A DNA stretch of 64,000 nucleotides from Octopus vulgaris (Eukaryota). How positions within the stretch are numbered: the stretch's first letter is position 1; the number at the start of each line of letters is the position of its first letter. Where the stretch lies: assembly GCA_951406725.2 (NCBI GenBank), contig OX597820.1:108128001-108192000 (forward strand), given 5' to 3'. Both the position numbers and the translations under genes were made by a program. Under the pieces are notes generated by a model. That model saw nothing but the letters and a program-made list of their open reading frames with translations. It did no database searches and had not been told where the DNA came from. Shown here in pieces: positions 49,479 through 61,309 of the stretch.

Positions 49479-50739
49479 CAGGGTGTTTTGATGACTTTTT
49501 AAGTCTCCTCTTTCACGAAAAGTTTGATGTATTGGGGAACAGTCAATGGCATTGGAGAGCATATAGATTAAAGTTGTAGTTAAAAAGTTAAGTGACTTAG
49601 TGGACAGGAAGCTGCCTAAATATTAGAAGAGAGTTACTTGTATCAGAATGATTTGTGCTGGGTATCAAAATGCCAACATCAAGAGACTGCTCAATTCTCT
49701 GTGAACACTGTAAATGTTGAAAGATGTGACATGGACAGCTGTAATGCCATGACCAGCAGGAAGGGACTTAACCAGCATTCTGACTGTGGCCACACACAGG
49801 AATTCACCAGTTGCAGGACAAGGTGATGAAAGATCTGCGCAAGGGAGTATGGGATTTGGCAAGAAAGATGAGTGTTGGAGTCACCACAATGAAGCTGGCC
49901 CTGAATTTGAACCTTCGCTACCCCTTGTACAAAAGGCAAAATGACAAATGCTGACAGCCAAAGCCAAGAGGAAATACTTGCCACAGTCAAAGAATCCCTT
50001 GAATAAGCTGAGGCATCTTGTTGAGCTGGGAATGATTTCGTTTTTCTCAGATGGAAAGAACTTCTGCCAGGACCAGTTGCACAATATCCATCACAACTGG
50101 TGGTTTGCCTACAATCCATGTGATGTCCCACATACCATGAAAACCAAGTTCCTCCAAACTATGATAAGCTTAAGGGGTGTCTTCAGTGAGAGTGAAGCTC
50201 CATTCACATCTTTGAATGGAGCTTAGGTTCAATTTAGACGGTTATGTGAAGCTGCTGGAGACTGGTCAAACCTTGGTTGAAGAGGGCTGCTGCTGCTGGA
50301 AGGCCATGAAGGTGTGGCAGCAGGATTCACCTCCTTGCCATACTTCAAGAAAGAGTCAGAAGTGGTTGTCAGAGAATTTATATGACTTCACCCACCCCAA
50401 TTTCTGGCCTTCTAATTCATTCAATTGTAATCCCATGTATTATGTGTGTGGGGCACAGTTGAGAAAGACACCAGCTGCTCTGCCAGCAACACCAATGCCA
50501 AGCTGGTGGCAAAGATCAAGGAGCTGTTTGAAGATCTTCCCAGGGACACAGTAAGGAATTCATGCGCTAGGTTCTGGAGCCTTCTTGAAGATGGCTACTT
50601 AGAGTAATTTGTTATCTTCCAACTATAAATCTAGTTGGTATTTTTTGAGTTTTAAAAAAATACTTTTATTTTTGGATGGGATATTGTATTGTTTTCTTTT
50701 TCTTTTATGCAAACTGTTATATTTAACTTGAACACATTG
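49479..50739 (+). mobile_element. Second DD37D-type Tc1/mariner transposon, decayed
   Basis: TA|CAGGGTGTT...AACACATTG|TA weak TIRs; FFSDGKNFCQDQ, MKTKF, VWQQDSPPCHTSRKSQKWLSENLYDFTHPNFWPSNSFNCNPM, with the same spacing as the 728-2743 element. Confidence 0.75.
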
Positions 50740-52103
50740 TATATGTCAAACCCTCATTTTAGGTGAGTTAGTTTTAACTTGTTCGTGTTATTTCATGTTA
50801 ACATATTTTATGCAGAAGCTGTAAAAAACTTAATAGATATATGATAAGAAGAAAATCAATATTAGTTAATTATCTGATATTATTTATCATCATTTTAGGA
50901 AATACAAAAGTGAATGATTAGCAGAATCATTAGCCCATTAGAATAAATGTATTGTGGTGTTTGTTTCAGCTGTTTACTTTCAGAGTTTAAATCCTGCTGA
51001 GATCAACCTTCCTTTTCATCCCTTAAGTAAATAGTAAATTTATATACCAGTTAAATACTGAGGTTGATGTAATCAAGTAGCCCTCTTCATTATGTATTTC
51101 TAATTTTATGTTTAAATTAGAAACAATTATTTTTGCAAGTACTGGAGATAAATCTAAAGCTTTTATGCCTATATCAAGACAAGGTGATTATTGAGTTCAT
51201 CACTAAGTACATATTTCACAGTTTAATTGGGAAATAAATCAAATAAATTTGACAAGTGACTGAAACTACTGCAATGGAATTTTTCACTCATTTATAACTT
51301 GAGGATAAGCAATATTTATCATAAAAATTTTCTTTTTGTTCCTACACAAAGAAATGGTAATGGCATATGCACATATACAGATACCCATTACTTTCTCACA
51401 CGCATATTCACACAGCTAATTGTCCCCTTTGTGTGTGCCAGTAGCATTTGTGTGTGTGCGCGCACACACACACGCACATGCCAAAAGTGTCCATTTGAAA
51501 CTCTCTCTCTCACAAACACTTTTACCATCCCTTTTCCGCAACGACAGATTGTTTACCCCACCGGAATTTACCATTTGAATTTTCATATAATATATTCCTG
51601 TTAGCGTTACTATCATGCATGTCTTGTCCTAATTCTGTCTTATAGCTGAAAGGCCTTTTATGTATATTTATACGTATAACAAATATCTGTGTTGTTTCCC
51701 TTTGTTTTTTGTTTCACATGTCTTGTCTCAATTCTGTCGCAAAGCCAAAAGATTTTCTCTGTGTGTGTATAAAATAATACTTGTGTTGTTGGTTATTTGC
51801 ATATATTTATATTACCATCCTTGTATTTTTATTTTTTTAAATATATTTTACTGTTCAATCGACAAACCATGTCTTTTTTTTTTTTTGTACTTGTCTCAAT
51901 TTGTCCTTCATTCTCACTCATTTATATTCCAGCAATGTTTTGCTGTTGTTGCCACCAAAATGAAAAATATTATTGATAAGGTGTCAAAATTGTGAGGATT
52001 TTTGATCAATAACTGATATGGGATGAGTGTATCCATGTCCTTTGCATGTTTTTTCCTGTTTTCCATGTTCCTTTGTCATTTTCCTGTGAAACATTTTACT
52101 ATT

Positions 52104-52178
<75 letters not shown>

Positions 52179-52181
<3 letters not shown>

Positions 52182-52692
52182 AGAAAAAAGCAACAAGAAT
52201 GGATTAGTTGTTCAGTACAATTGTTTCATACGAAGAACAGCTTTATTAAAAGCTGCAAATATTGCAGCAAATACAAGTGTCCCGTATTCATCAGCCAAAA
52301 CACATGAGTTTTCCAAACATCCTAGGGGGTGAGGCTACACTCATGAAGTATCGAAGAGAATTCTATAAATTCTTTGCTTTTTATAGAATTCTCTTCGATA
52401 CTTCATGAGTGTAGCCTCACCCACTAGGATGTTTGGAAAACTCATGTGTTTTGGCTGATGAATACGGGACACTTGTATTTACTGCAATATTTGTAGCTTT
52501 TAATAAAGCTGTTCTTCGTATGAAACAATTGTACTGAACAACTAATCCATTCTTGTTACTTTTTTCTTGTTTATAATCACCCCACATTATTTTATGGTTA
52601 ATACCATATAGATTTCTGGTGCATCTAAGTTAAGTACCGCATTCATGTGAATTCATTGGAACTCACTTGAATCTTAATTGTTTTTACTGAAA
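52179..52692. mobile_element. Penelope-like palindromic element in (TA)n: 191-bp inverted arms plus a ~120-bp extension
   Basis: 52179-52369 and 52380-52570 are reverse complements (4 mismatches counted, 10-nt spacer). TA tracts on both sides. Each arm carries a hammerhead motif. Confidence 0.75.
52447..52540 (+). ncRNA. Type I hammerhead ribozyme motif (mirror copy on the minus strand at ~52209-52302)
   Basis: gttttgg-CTGATGA-atacg...cgtat-GAAAC-aatt-GTA^ctgaac. Stem II atacg/cgtat, palindromic mini stem III ACAATTGT, stem I with G-U pairs. Confidence 0.65.
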
Positions 52693-53083
52693 ATATATAT
52701 ATATATACACACACACACACATACACCAATAGATAGACAAGAAATACAATAGATTGAATAATACAAACACACCATTCACATGAAAATAGAAGGTAAGATG
52801 CATTAATAACTTGATTAGGTATGTGGTAACAACTAAAACAATATTAGTCAATGCTTAATATTACTTTTAATTGCCACAGAATACAATTTTTCCATCAGTT
52901 TTTTAATGTGTTATTCATTAAATGCATTAACACTTACTAGGTTTCCATGTGATATATAAGAACTACATGGATATCTTTATCTATATTCATCTGTAGCCAA
53001 ATGTCCACAGGTTAAAGCTTTTTGAATATCAAAAAGAACACAGCAAAACTACTAGTTTCTAATTGTTCTTGCTCTTATTATAG

Positions 53084-53178
53084 GTTTGAAAGAACAGTTG
53101 GAAAAGAGTCGAAAACATGTAGATCAGTACAAAGCTATCTCTGAAAGCCTGGAAAATAGTTTAAAAGATCAGAACAAG
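53084..53178 (+). CDS. TPR: Nucleoprotein TPR, exon 13 in window
   Basis: tag|GT...AAG|gtaaaa; GLKEQLEKSRKHVDQYKAISESLENSLKDQNK (cf. TPR VEQYQAMVTSLEESL). Confidence 0.93.
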
Positions 53179-53692
53179 GTAAAAAAAAATTTAATGAATT
53201 TTGTTTTCATTATATAAATTTTGTTTCAAAGATTTTATTGAGAAATGATTTTTTATTTCTCTATTAAGGAGACAAAGATTGTATTTCTAGTCCATACTTT
53301 ACTGTAAAAACTGACCTGGGAACTTTTGTCTTTGTTTCTGATGCAATACATACTATTCAAGCAAATAATTAAGAGTTTATAGATCTTCCATACACATTTA
53401 ATTTAATTTATTGTTTCACTATTTTGTTTTTCTTTTATGTATCAGCCTCACAGTTTTGAAATGTTTCTCACTCTTCAGTCAAACTGTCACATATTGTTGA
53501 GGGAAAAGCTGATTTCTCTGACAAAATAATATTTATCAATAATATTATAATACTTTACATAGTGTTGATTTGATTTAATGGTTGATGTTTTATGATAAGG
53601 GTTTTTTTTTTATATATCTAAATAGTTGAAATAGCTATTTGCAGTAGTTATCAAATTGGTATTGTAATTTATTTTTATGAACACTTTTCAAG

Positions 53693-53747
53693 GCAAGTGA
53701 AAATTTCAACCAAAATGCTGAAAAGAAGTTGGAAACTCTCAAAGAAG
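53693..53747 (+). CDS. TPR: Nucleoprotein TPR, exon 14 in window
   Basis: aag|GCA...G|gtttgt; ASENFNQNAEKKLETLKE; phase 0/1 fits the neighbours. Confidence 0.82.
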
Positions 53748-53969
53748 GTTTGTAGATTTCTATTTTATTGTAAAGTTTATTGGTTAGTTTGGTTAAATTC
53801 TTATTACAGTAAAACTGTTATTATTTCACATTGCAACTGTTTCTGTAGTCATTGACTATATAGTTAATTATGTTAATAATAATAAATATTTAATAATTTT
53901 ATGAAATTAGATTTAATTTTCAATTTCATATATGTATTGTTATTTGGATTTTAATTCTTTAATCTGTAG

Positions 53970-54067
53970 CTAATGAAAGCAAAGACAAAATAATTGAAAA
54001 ACTGGAGAAAGAGAAACAGTACTTGAATGAAGACAATACAAAATTATCAGAGGAGAAACACAAAATG
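53970..54067 (+). CDS. TPR: Nucleoprotein TPR, exon 15 in window
   Basis: tag|CT...ATG|gtaagt; ANESKDKIIEKLEKEKQYLNEDNTKLSEEKHKM. Confidence 0.88.
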
Positions 54068-54072
54068 GTAAG

Positions 54073-54715
54073 TCATCATCATTGTTTAATGTGTTTTCTA
54101 TGCTGGCATGGGTTGGACAGTTTGACAGGAGCTAGAGCAGGCCAGCCAGGGAGCTGTTGAGGTATGGTTTCTATGGCTGGATGCTGTTCCTAATGCAAAC
54201 CCTTTTACAGCGTGTGCTGAGTGCATCTTACATATCAATGGCATGGGTGCATTTAGACAGCACCAGCAAGGATGCATTTTCTATGCACCAGCACCTTTAA
54301 AGGACAAACCTATATGTATGAATGACCACAATTTTACTTAGCTTGATGCATCTTCTCAAATACAGCCAATCATCATAACTCCTGGTCCCTTGTCATTTTC
54401 TTAATGAGGCCCAGCATCTGAAGATCTTTTCTCATCAATTCGTCCCATGTCTCCCTGGGTCTTCCCTTTACAATTAGAGCTCAGCATTTCTTTATACAGC
54501 TGTCCTCATCCATACGTATCACATGACCAAACCAGCACAGTCTTCTCTCTTGCACACAACATCTGATGCTTCTTACGCCCAGTTTTCCTCTTAAATCATT
54601 TACACTCTGTCATGTGTGCATACTGACATTACCCATCGAATAGAGCATACTAACTTTTACAAGTCCTCTGTAATCATAGCCCATGTTTTACTGCCATGTA
54701 GCATAAGCTGTGTGT
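54073..54715 (-). mobile_element. Old RTE LINE 3' fragment directly after the exon 15 donor
   Basis: (CAT)n tail, CATGCTGGCATGGGTTGGACAG-type terminus, and ...ACATGACCAAACCAGCACAGTCTTCTCTCTTGCAC (RRLCWFGHV on the minus strand). Confidence 0.8.
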
Positions 54716-55297
54716 GCATGGGCAAGTTGTACATACACAAGCAAGTCAGGTAAGTCAATTTGGTAAATTAAAATTGCATACATAGTCTGTCAATTTTAGA
54801 ATATGATAAGCGTTTCTTGATAGAACCTCAGCTAATTGTAGTGTATGGAGAATATCATTGTCACATTGTATTCCTTTATTAGTTGCAGTTGGTAGTGTTC
54901 ATTGGGGCTCTAGCATTGTAATGTTTGGCAAGTACTTCTATTATAGCTTTAAATTGACCAAAGCCTTATGAACGAGCTGTGGATGGTGAAAGTCTGTCAA
55001 AGGAAACATTCTTGTGTTTGAGTGTTAGATTTAATCCATTATATAGCCTAGCACCACCATGTAACCCTGTAGTACCTTTATTGAATGCATTCAGACCAGA
55101 TGCTCAACCTGAGGATAACTTCCTTTCACCAACCTCCAAGACTCTGTAAAGTATTACGAATGTTGCCCTTCATCTGATTAAATCATGTAAACCTTAAAAA
55201 AAAGGGAGGTGGATGGAGGCTGAAGGGTTAGCAGTTCATACCTTATTACTTGTGTTTATGACCAAAGCAGCTAGCATTTTCTGATTTAGTCCTTTAA

Positions 55298-56565
55298 CCC
55301 TTTCGTTACTATATTTCTGACCAAAATACACCTCTTATATGTTTCAATTAATTTCTAACATAATCATAAATTTAGTCTGGTTTCATTAAACAACTATAAC
55401 TTTTTTATTTATCAATATATTAATGTGATTTTTGGAAGATAATTTAATGAAATGTTCTCAACCAATTCTATACTATAATTTTTGTCACAAAGTGACTCTA
55501 ATTGCAGGTAGATACAGGTAAATTCAACAAAATATAAAATTATTAAAATTTTTGTTCAAACATAACTATTGAAAATGGGTTATTAGCTAATATTCAATTT
55601 GGTATACAACAAAATTTTACTATAGAATTTGTTATTCTGGATAACTTTCTGATACCGATAATAATATTTATGGCAAAATAGGCCTTAATTTCATTTAAGG
55701 TTGTGGGAAACCACAAACTATCCTTTCTTTCGCTTTGTTTACATTTAGCGTAAAGGTTCGTTTCTGCCGTAATTTTCTGATACACATAATATTTATGGGT
55801 AACTTTCTGATACCCATAATAATATTTATGGGTAACTTTCTGATACCCATAATTATATTTATGGCAAAATAGGCCTTAATTTCATTTAAGGTTGTGGGAA
55901 ATAACAAACTATCCTTTCTTTCGCTTTGTTTACATTTAGCGTAACGGTTCGTTTCCGCTGTAATGATTTCAAATAGGCTTATTCGAAAAAGTAAAAAGAA
56001 ATAGTCTAAGGCTTTACTCTCCTGGGAAAGACTGTGGCTTGGTCCAGTTTCTTCAGAAAAATCACTGAAAGAAACAGTTTTTTAATTTTCACTCCATTCA
56101 GGTGCCAATTCATTTTCTTTATTGCTGTCGGAGCTCTCGGATTCACTGCTTTCATTTTCGGAAAATGAAACATCGGATTCATTATCAAATACCACGTGCT
56201 TTGTTTTTTTCAGTCATAGAGTTAGATTTATGAAGGTCTTCAGTAGAAAATCCTTCGAATTCTGACTCTCTGCTTGATATAACGAAATTCGTATCCATTT
56301 TTTGTCAAAATTACAAATTTTGAAAACACAATAGGAACAAATTTCGGAAAAAAATCTCCCAAAATTCACGGAATTAAAATTACACTTCGATTTTTGTACA
56401 AAACTGTAGATGAACTGTTTACGAAGTATAATCACGTGTTTTCACGAATGTACTAAAGAGATTTGCTCTCATATTCTCATTTAAATATGAATAGGTAAAT
56501 ATGGGCAGGTTTGGGCGGCTTGGTCACATGAACCAAAATTTTTGGGCGGTTTGGTAATGAAAGGG
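55298..56565 (-). mobile_element. piggyBac element, internally deleted
   Basis: TTAA TSDs; TIRs CCCTTTCGTTAC / GTAATGAAAGGG; remnant AETNLYAK...WFPTTLNEIKAYFAINIIIGIRKL, present twice in tandem. Confidence 0.9.
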
Positions 56566-56670
56566 TTAAGTCATAGATAGATAGACACCGTGGATACTCA
56601 GCTTTCTAGTGGAAGCAACCAGTGCCGTAAGTTGTGTTGAGTTCAAGTTTTCCCCTCGAAATATTTCGGT

Positions 56671-56720
56671 CTATCCTGTACATAGGAGGAGACTTCAGTC
56701 TCCTCCTATGTACAGGATAG
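56671..56720. repeat. Perfect 23-bp-stem hairpin
   Basis: CTATCCTGTACATAGGAGGAGAC-TTCA-GTCTCCTCCTATGTACAGGATAG. Confidence 0.95.
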
Positions 56721-57165
56721 TCTTCAAGTGGTATTGCTCTGTTCATATTCAATCTTTTTTGACTACAGTAACCTGATACAACAATCTTCTTCATCTAAGA
56801 ATGACAAAAGTAAACCACACTTGTGAGTGATCTTGCTATGTTTACTATTAGAGGTAAATAAATCTCCAGCCAAATATATGTCAGGATGTGAGATTTAGGA
56901 AGAGAACTAACAAGTTCAAAACTTACAAATTTACTTCTTTAATTCTGTCTCTTCAACCTGTTTCCATTGTTTTAAGTGTTTAAATATATTGTTAACTGTT
57001 GATGGAATTAAAAATTATTGTGCAAATTATGCTGATCCGTAAAACTTATGTAAATAGCCAAACATTATCACTAATTTAATATCTTGCAGTCTTGATTGTG
57101 TGTCTGATATAAGCAGCAGTATCAGCCATTTTCTCAGGTCCTGTTGTTATCTAGAGGTGCTATTC

Positions 57166-58010
57166 CAGTGGTTTTCAAACTAGGGTCTGCAGTCCCCTGG
57201 GGGACTATGAAGAAATTTTAGAGGGACTGTATTGTGAAAATGGGTGGCTTGAGACAGTTTAAAAATTTCAAGACTTTCAATTTCTCACATGCTATCATCC
57301 TTTTTTGTTGTTGACTTCTTACACACTTGTTTGCTAATCACACTTGTACAACAAGTGTTATTGACCCAAGGAAAATATACAGGTATAATGGTGGATTGTG
57401 CATGTGCTGTCAGTATTCTACGCTCACATAATTCACCACTCCACCATTGCAATCTACATGTTTGCCTGTCCTCGTTGGTGCAACTTCCTGCATGACTTTG
57501 CCCTTTGCCAGACACTCTTTCTCATCCCACATGATGACTGGGCTTTATGAGGTGTGATTGTTCTTCATGGCAACGTGTTCTGACCGAACAGTATTCTCAA
57601 GTTATCAATTCACGGAGGTTTATGTACGGACAAAACAACGCTCATATGCACGTCAGATTTCTTCAGTTTTCAGTATATGACCTGCGATTTCCTTCTACAA
57701 AATGGACATAAATGGGTCTTACACAGTTGTTAATACCAGATGCTGAGGATATTTTTAGACTGTTTTCATTTCGTTTGTGTTGTAACTAATTGATCAGCTG
57801 ATTCTCCATATTTTCATGAGTATTCATTGTATCCCAATAGGGTATTGCATGGATTAAATTGTGGTTTTCATGGTTGTGGGTCTATGGTCAGTGCAGTTCA
57901 TAGTCCAGAAGTTATGGTACATAAATGTATGTCATTTTTTTCATGTTAATTAACCTGCATTTCATAGGGGACTACGAATCAATGAAAAAAACTGTAAGGA
58001 GACCAGCACA
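57166..58010. mobile_element. Probable hAT (Charlie-like) remnant
   Basis: Terminus CAGTGGTTTTCAAACTAGGGTCTGCAGTCCCCTGGGGGAC; subterminal GGGGACTACGAA near 57970. Right TIR not seen. Confidence 0.45.
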
Positions 58011-58338
58011 TAAACTTTTTTGCTTTATTCAGTGATGTCCCATTGTCTTTTGACTAGCTGTATTGGTAGAGATGTGTATATAAAATATGTAATTAAATAC
58101 ATCAACTTATAGTGATTATACTAATCACTTCTCAGTATCTAGTTAGGACACTTTTACTGTAGAGCCTTGTTAGCTTCAAAATTATATTCATCCTCATCAG
58201 AGTTTTTGACTCCTTTAACAAAGATTTTACAACATGTCATTTTGCGTTTTTCTCTAATGTTGTTGTCTTTAGTTCCTGTTTATTTGTGCATGATAGCTAA
58301 AGCAAACTTTGTTTTTATCATTTTCATCCTATGAACAG

Positions 58339-58473
58339 GTTTCTGACCTTCGTAAGCAACTCTCAAACCTCCAGAATGAACTACAGGAAGCTATCCAGAG
58401 CCGAAAGACAGCCATAAGTAATGAGCAAGCTGCTCGGGAAGGATATGAGAACCAGATTAAATTGGCTGCAGAG
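58339..58473 (+). CDS. TPR: Nucleoprotein TPR, exon 16 in window
   Basis: cag|GTT...GAG|gtattg; VSDLRKQLSNLQNELQEAIQSRKTAISNEQAAREGYENQIKLAAE (cf. TPR [24 protein letters not shown]). Confidence 0.95.
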
Positions 58474-58594
58474 GTATTGTTTTGCTTATCTATAATTTGA
58501 CATTAAAGGGTTGTGGGCTGAAGACACATAATATAATGTAGTCCTATTTGAATTATACCTGAAAAACAGGTGAAATGGTGGTCATGTACAAATA

Positions 58595-60372
58595 GGCGCA
58601 GGCATGGCTGTGTGATAAGAAGCTTTCTTACCAACCACATAGTTCCGGGTTCAGTCCCACTGCATGACACCTTGGGCAGGCAGGCGTCTTCTATTATAGC
58701 CTCAGGCCAACCAAAGCCTTGTGAGTGGATTTGGTAAATGGAAACTGAAAGAAACCCTTCATATATATATGTTAGGGTTATGACATTTTGATTTTTTTGG
58801 AAGTAAACAATTTCATATAAGTAGGGAAAATATTTTAAGGTTTTTTTAAAAAAGACGTCACCTCCTACTGAAGAAATATAACACCACTTTTGACCCAAAT
58901 CATGCAAAATTTTAGTGGGCTACATAATGCCTATGGAACTGTGTAAAGATGATTGTCGTTGATATGAGCATGAACACTGGGGAAAGAAATGGCATAGCCA
59001 TTCAGTTGCAAATACTGTTTGCTCAAAATGGTTTGAAAGAACTATAATTTATTGGTTATCAGCATCATATCCCTGATAGAGTTCTTCGTGTTGTAATGAA
59101 TAACGACCTTGGAAAAAAAAAAGTTATCTCCCAATATTGAATATACATTCATCCCAGAGCTTCTAAGGAATTATGAGAAACTCCAGGCTACTTACAATAA
59201 TAGTGAAGAAAAGATTACTGAATCAGCAGGACAGCGAGTTGACATGAAATTTCTATTTCATTTGACCAGAGTTTTTCGTGTTTGGAAGAAACCGGAAAAT
59301 TTCCTACTGTAAAGTTTCAAAAAATACCCAACTTATGTAATGCAAGATGGAATTCTCAAGCAATACTAGCTATTTTTACATTTATTCTTCTACCAGAGAA
59401 AAGAGTTTTGCTTCTCAATGTTTGTCGATTCATCTCTTACAGCTGGGCTGATTTTTGGTTTACTGACCAAGTGTTCAAAGCACATGATTATCAGAAGTTA
59501 TGTGGTAGTCTACAAATTCATAAAAAAGCATTGAACTATGTAAAAGAAACTTTTGTAGTTGAGAACCATCAAAACCGGAAATTCCCAGAACAAATCAGAA
59601 TGCAGAACGAGCAATCAAGTGCCTTCAAGATCTTTATAATGTTTGTAAAAAGGAGGAGAAACAGTTATTTAAAATTGGAATTAAACCTATAAAGTCAAAA
59701 ATATGTATTGTTTTTAATTGTGTATGTTATTGAATGCTTGTAGTGGCCTATGTCTTAAAATAGCAGAGAGTAATTTCAATTTAGTAATCTTAAAAATGTA
59801 TAAACACACTTTTATTTCATATCTCTCTTGTGTTTCCAAGGATTTAGGCAGTGGAGACACTGAAGTGTGAATCTTGTGCCACCTAGTGATTATAGTTTTA
59901 AAAGCCCATAACTCCGAAACTACCTCAACTAGAAAGCTGAAATTTCGGATATACAGTTTCTGCATTTCATTGAGTCAGCACGCCAAGTTTGGTAAAAACA
60001 TGAGCAGGCATTATGAACCTCACCCCCTTAGAATTTTGCATCATTTAGGTCAAATGTGGTGATTGATTTCTTAAGTTGGGGGTGACATTTTTTTCAAATA
60101 AAGCAAAATGTTAGTTTCCTAACTTTTATGAAATTATTCATCGAATTACAGTATAGGGTTACTAGGTTGTGAAAATGTCATAACCCTAATATATATATAT
60201 GTGTGTGTGTGTGTGACTGTGTTTGTCCCTCCACCATTGCTTGACAGTCAATGTTGGTGTGTTTATGTCCCCGTAACAATTCAACAAAAGAGACTGATAG
60301 AATACTAGGCTTACAAAGAATAAGCCCTGGGGTTGACTTGTTTGACTAAAAGCCCTTAAGGTGTACTCCAGC
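58595..60372 (+). mobile_element. tRNA-derived SINE split by a hAT insertion (parts 58595-58772 and 60189-60372)
   Basis: Head GGCGCAGGCATGGCTGTGTGATAAG...GGTTCAGTCCC. The body resumes after the hAT with (TG)n-TTTGTCCCTCC...CTCCAGCA, colinear with 41602-41995. Confidence 0.85.
58773..60188 (+). mobile_element. hAT-superfamily (hATm-like) transposon, internally deleted
   Basis: Perfect TIRs TAGGGTTATGACATTTT / AAAATGTCATAACCCTA; 8-bp flanks ATATATGT / ATATATAT; remnants FIGYQHHI, NARWNSQAI, IPRTNQNAERAIKCLQDLY. Confidence 0.8.
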
Positions 60373-61201
60373 ATTTTTTAAAAATGAATAAATAAAGTAG
60401 AAAGTAATATGTCAAGTAGGTTTGGACAAAGATCCCTGGTCCAAAGCATTAGAATCTATTCCTTCTTAGAATACACTTAACACAACTCTGTTCTGTTGTA
60501 TTGTATCAACCTGAATTCTTATTAAACAAGACTTTGAGATTATTTTTGAGGTGAGGATTATGATGATATATTGGTCTCATCATCATGTCATACCTTTATA
60601 TTAAAGAATTCACATTACAACATTGTCATCAGCTGTACACCTGCTTTGCTGCTACTCAAAGCTTTTGGCAGTAATTTTCATATTTTTAGTAGTACAGCCC
60701 ACCTCATGATGATCATATCTTAATGCAGCCTGCTTTCTGTGAAAGGTTGTGCATGCCCAACCAGATCCCTCACATTACACCTCCCTGCAGTAAAGCTTTT
60801 ACCAGTATATTGGGACATAGGGATACACAAACCCTACTAACACAATCATATTTCAACCTAAACCTGTTATTCCATTGAATATTTTGTTTTGTATGATTAG
60901 AAAATTTCATCCAAAAAATTTTAGTTGAATTCAGAAATAAGGATTTGTTATTTATTGTTACTGAAGTCATATTGTCTTATTTACTTTTGGATAGGACTGG
61001 ACATAATATAATCCATATTTATTTTCAGTTTTATTGCTGAAACTTGCACAGCAGTCATCATGTTCCACAATTACTGTCATCTTAAACAGCTGCTCTCATA
61101 TTACACAACCATCATCTTTTTGCATGACAGTACAGTTGCTTTCACTCAACCTCCATAAATTGTTTTGTCTGTATTTACACCCGTCTTTTGTTTCATTTCA
61201 G

Positions 61202-61276
61202 GCTCAGGACAAATATCAAAGGGAACTTATATTGCATGCTGCAGATATGGAAGCTCTATCAGCATTGAAGAAGAAT
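61202..61276 (+). CDS. TPR: Nucleoprotein TPR, exon 17 in window
   Basis: cag|GCT...AAT|gtaaat; AQDKYQRELILHAADMEALSALKKN, the TPR/MLP1/MLP2 domain signature (AQNKYERELMLHAADVEAL). Confidence 0.95.
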
Positions 61277-61309
61277 GTAAATATCAATGATAATAATCTT
61301 TATAGTTAT

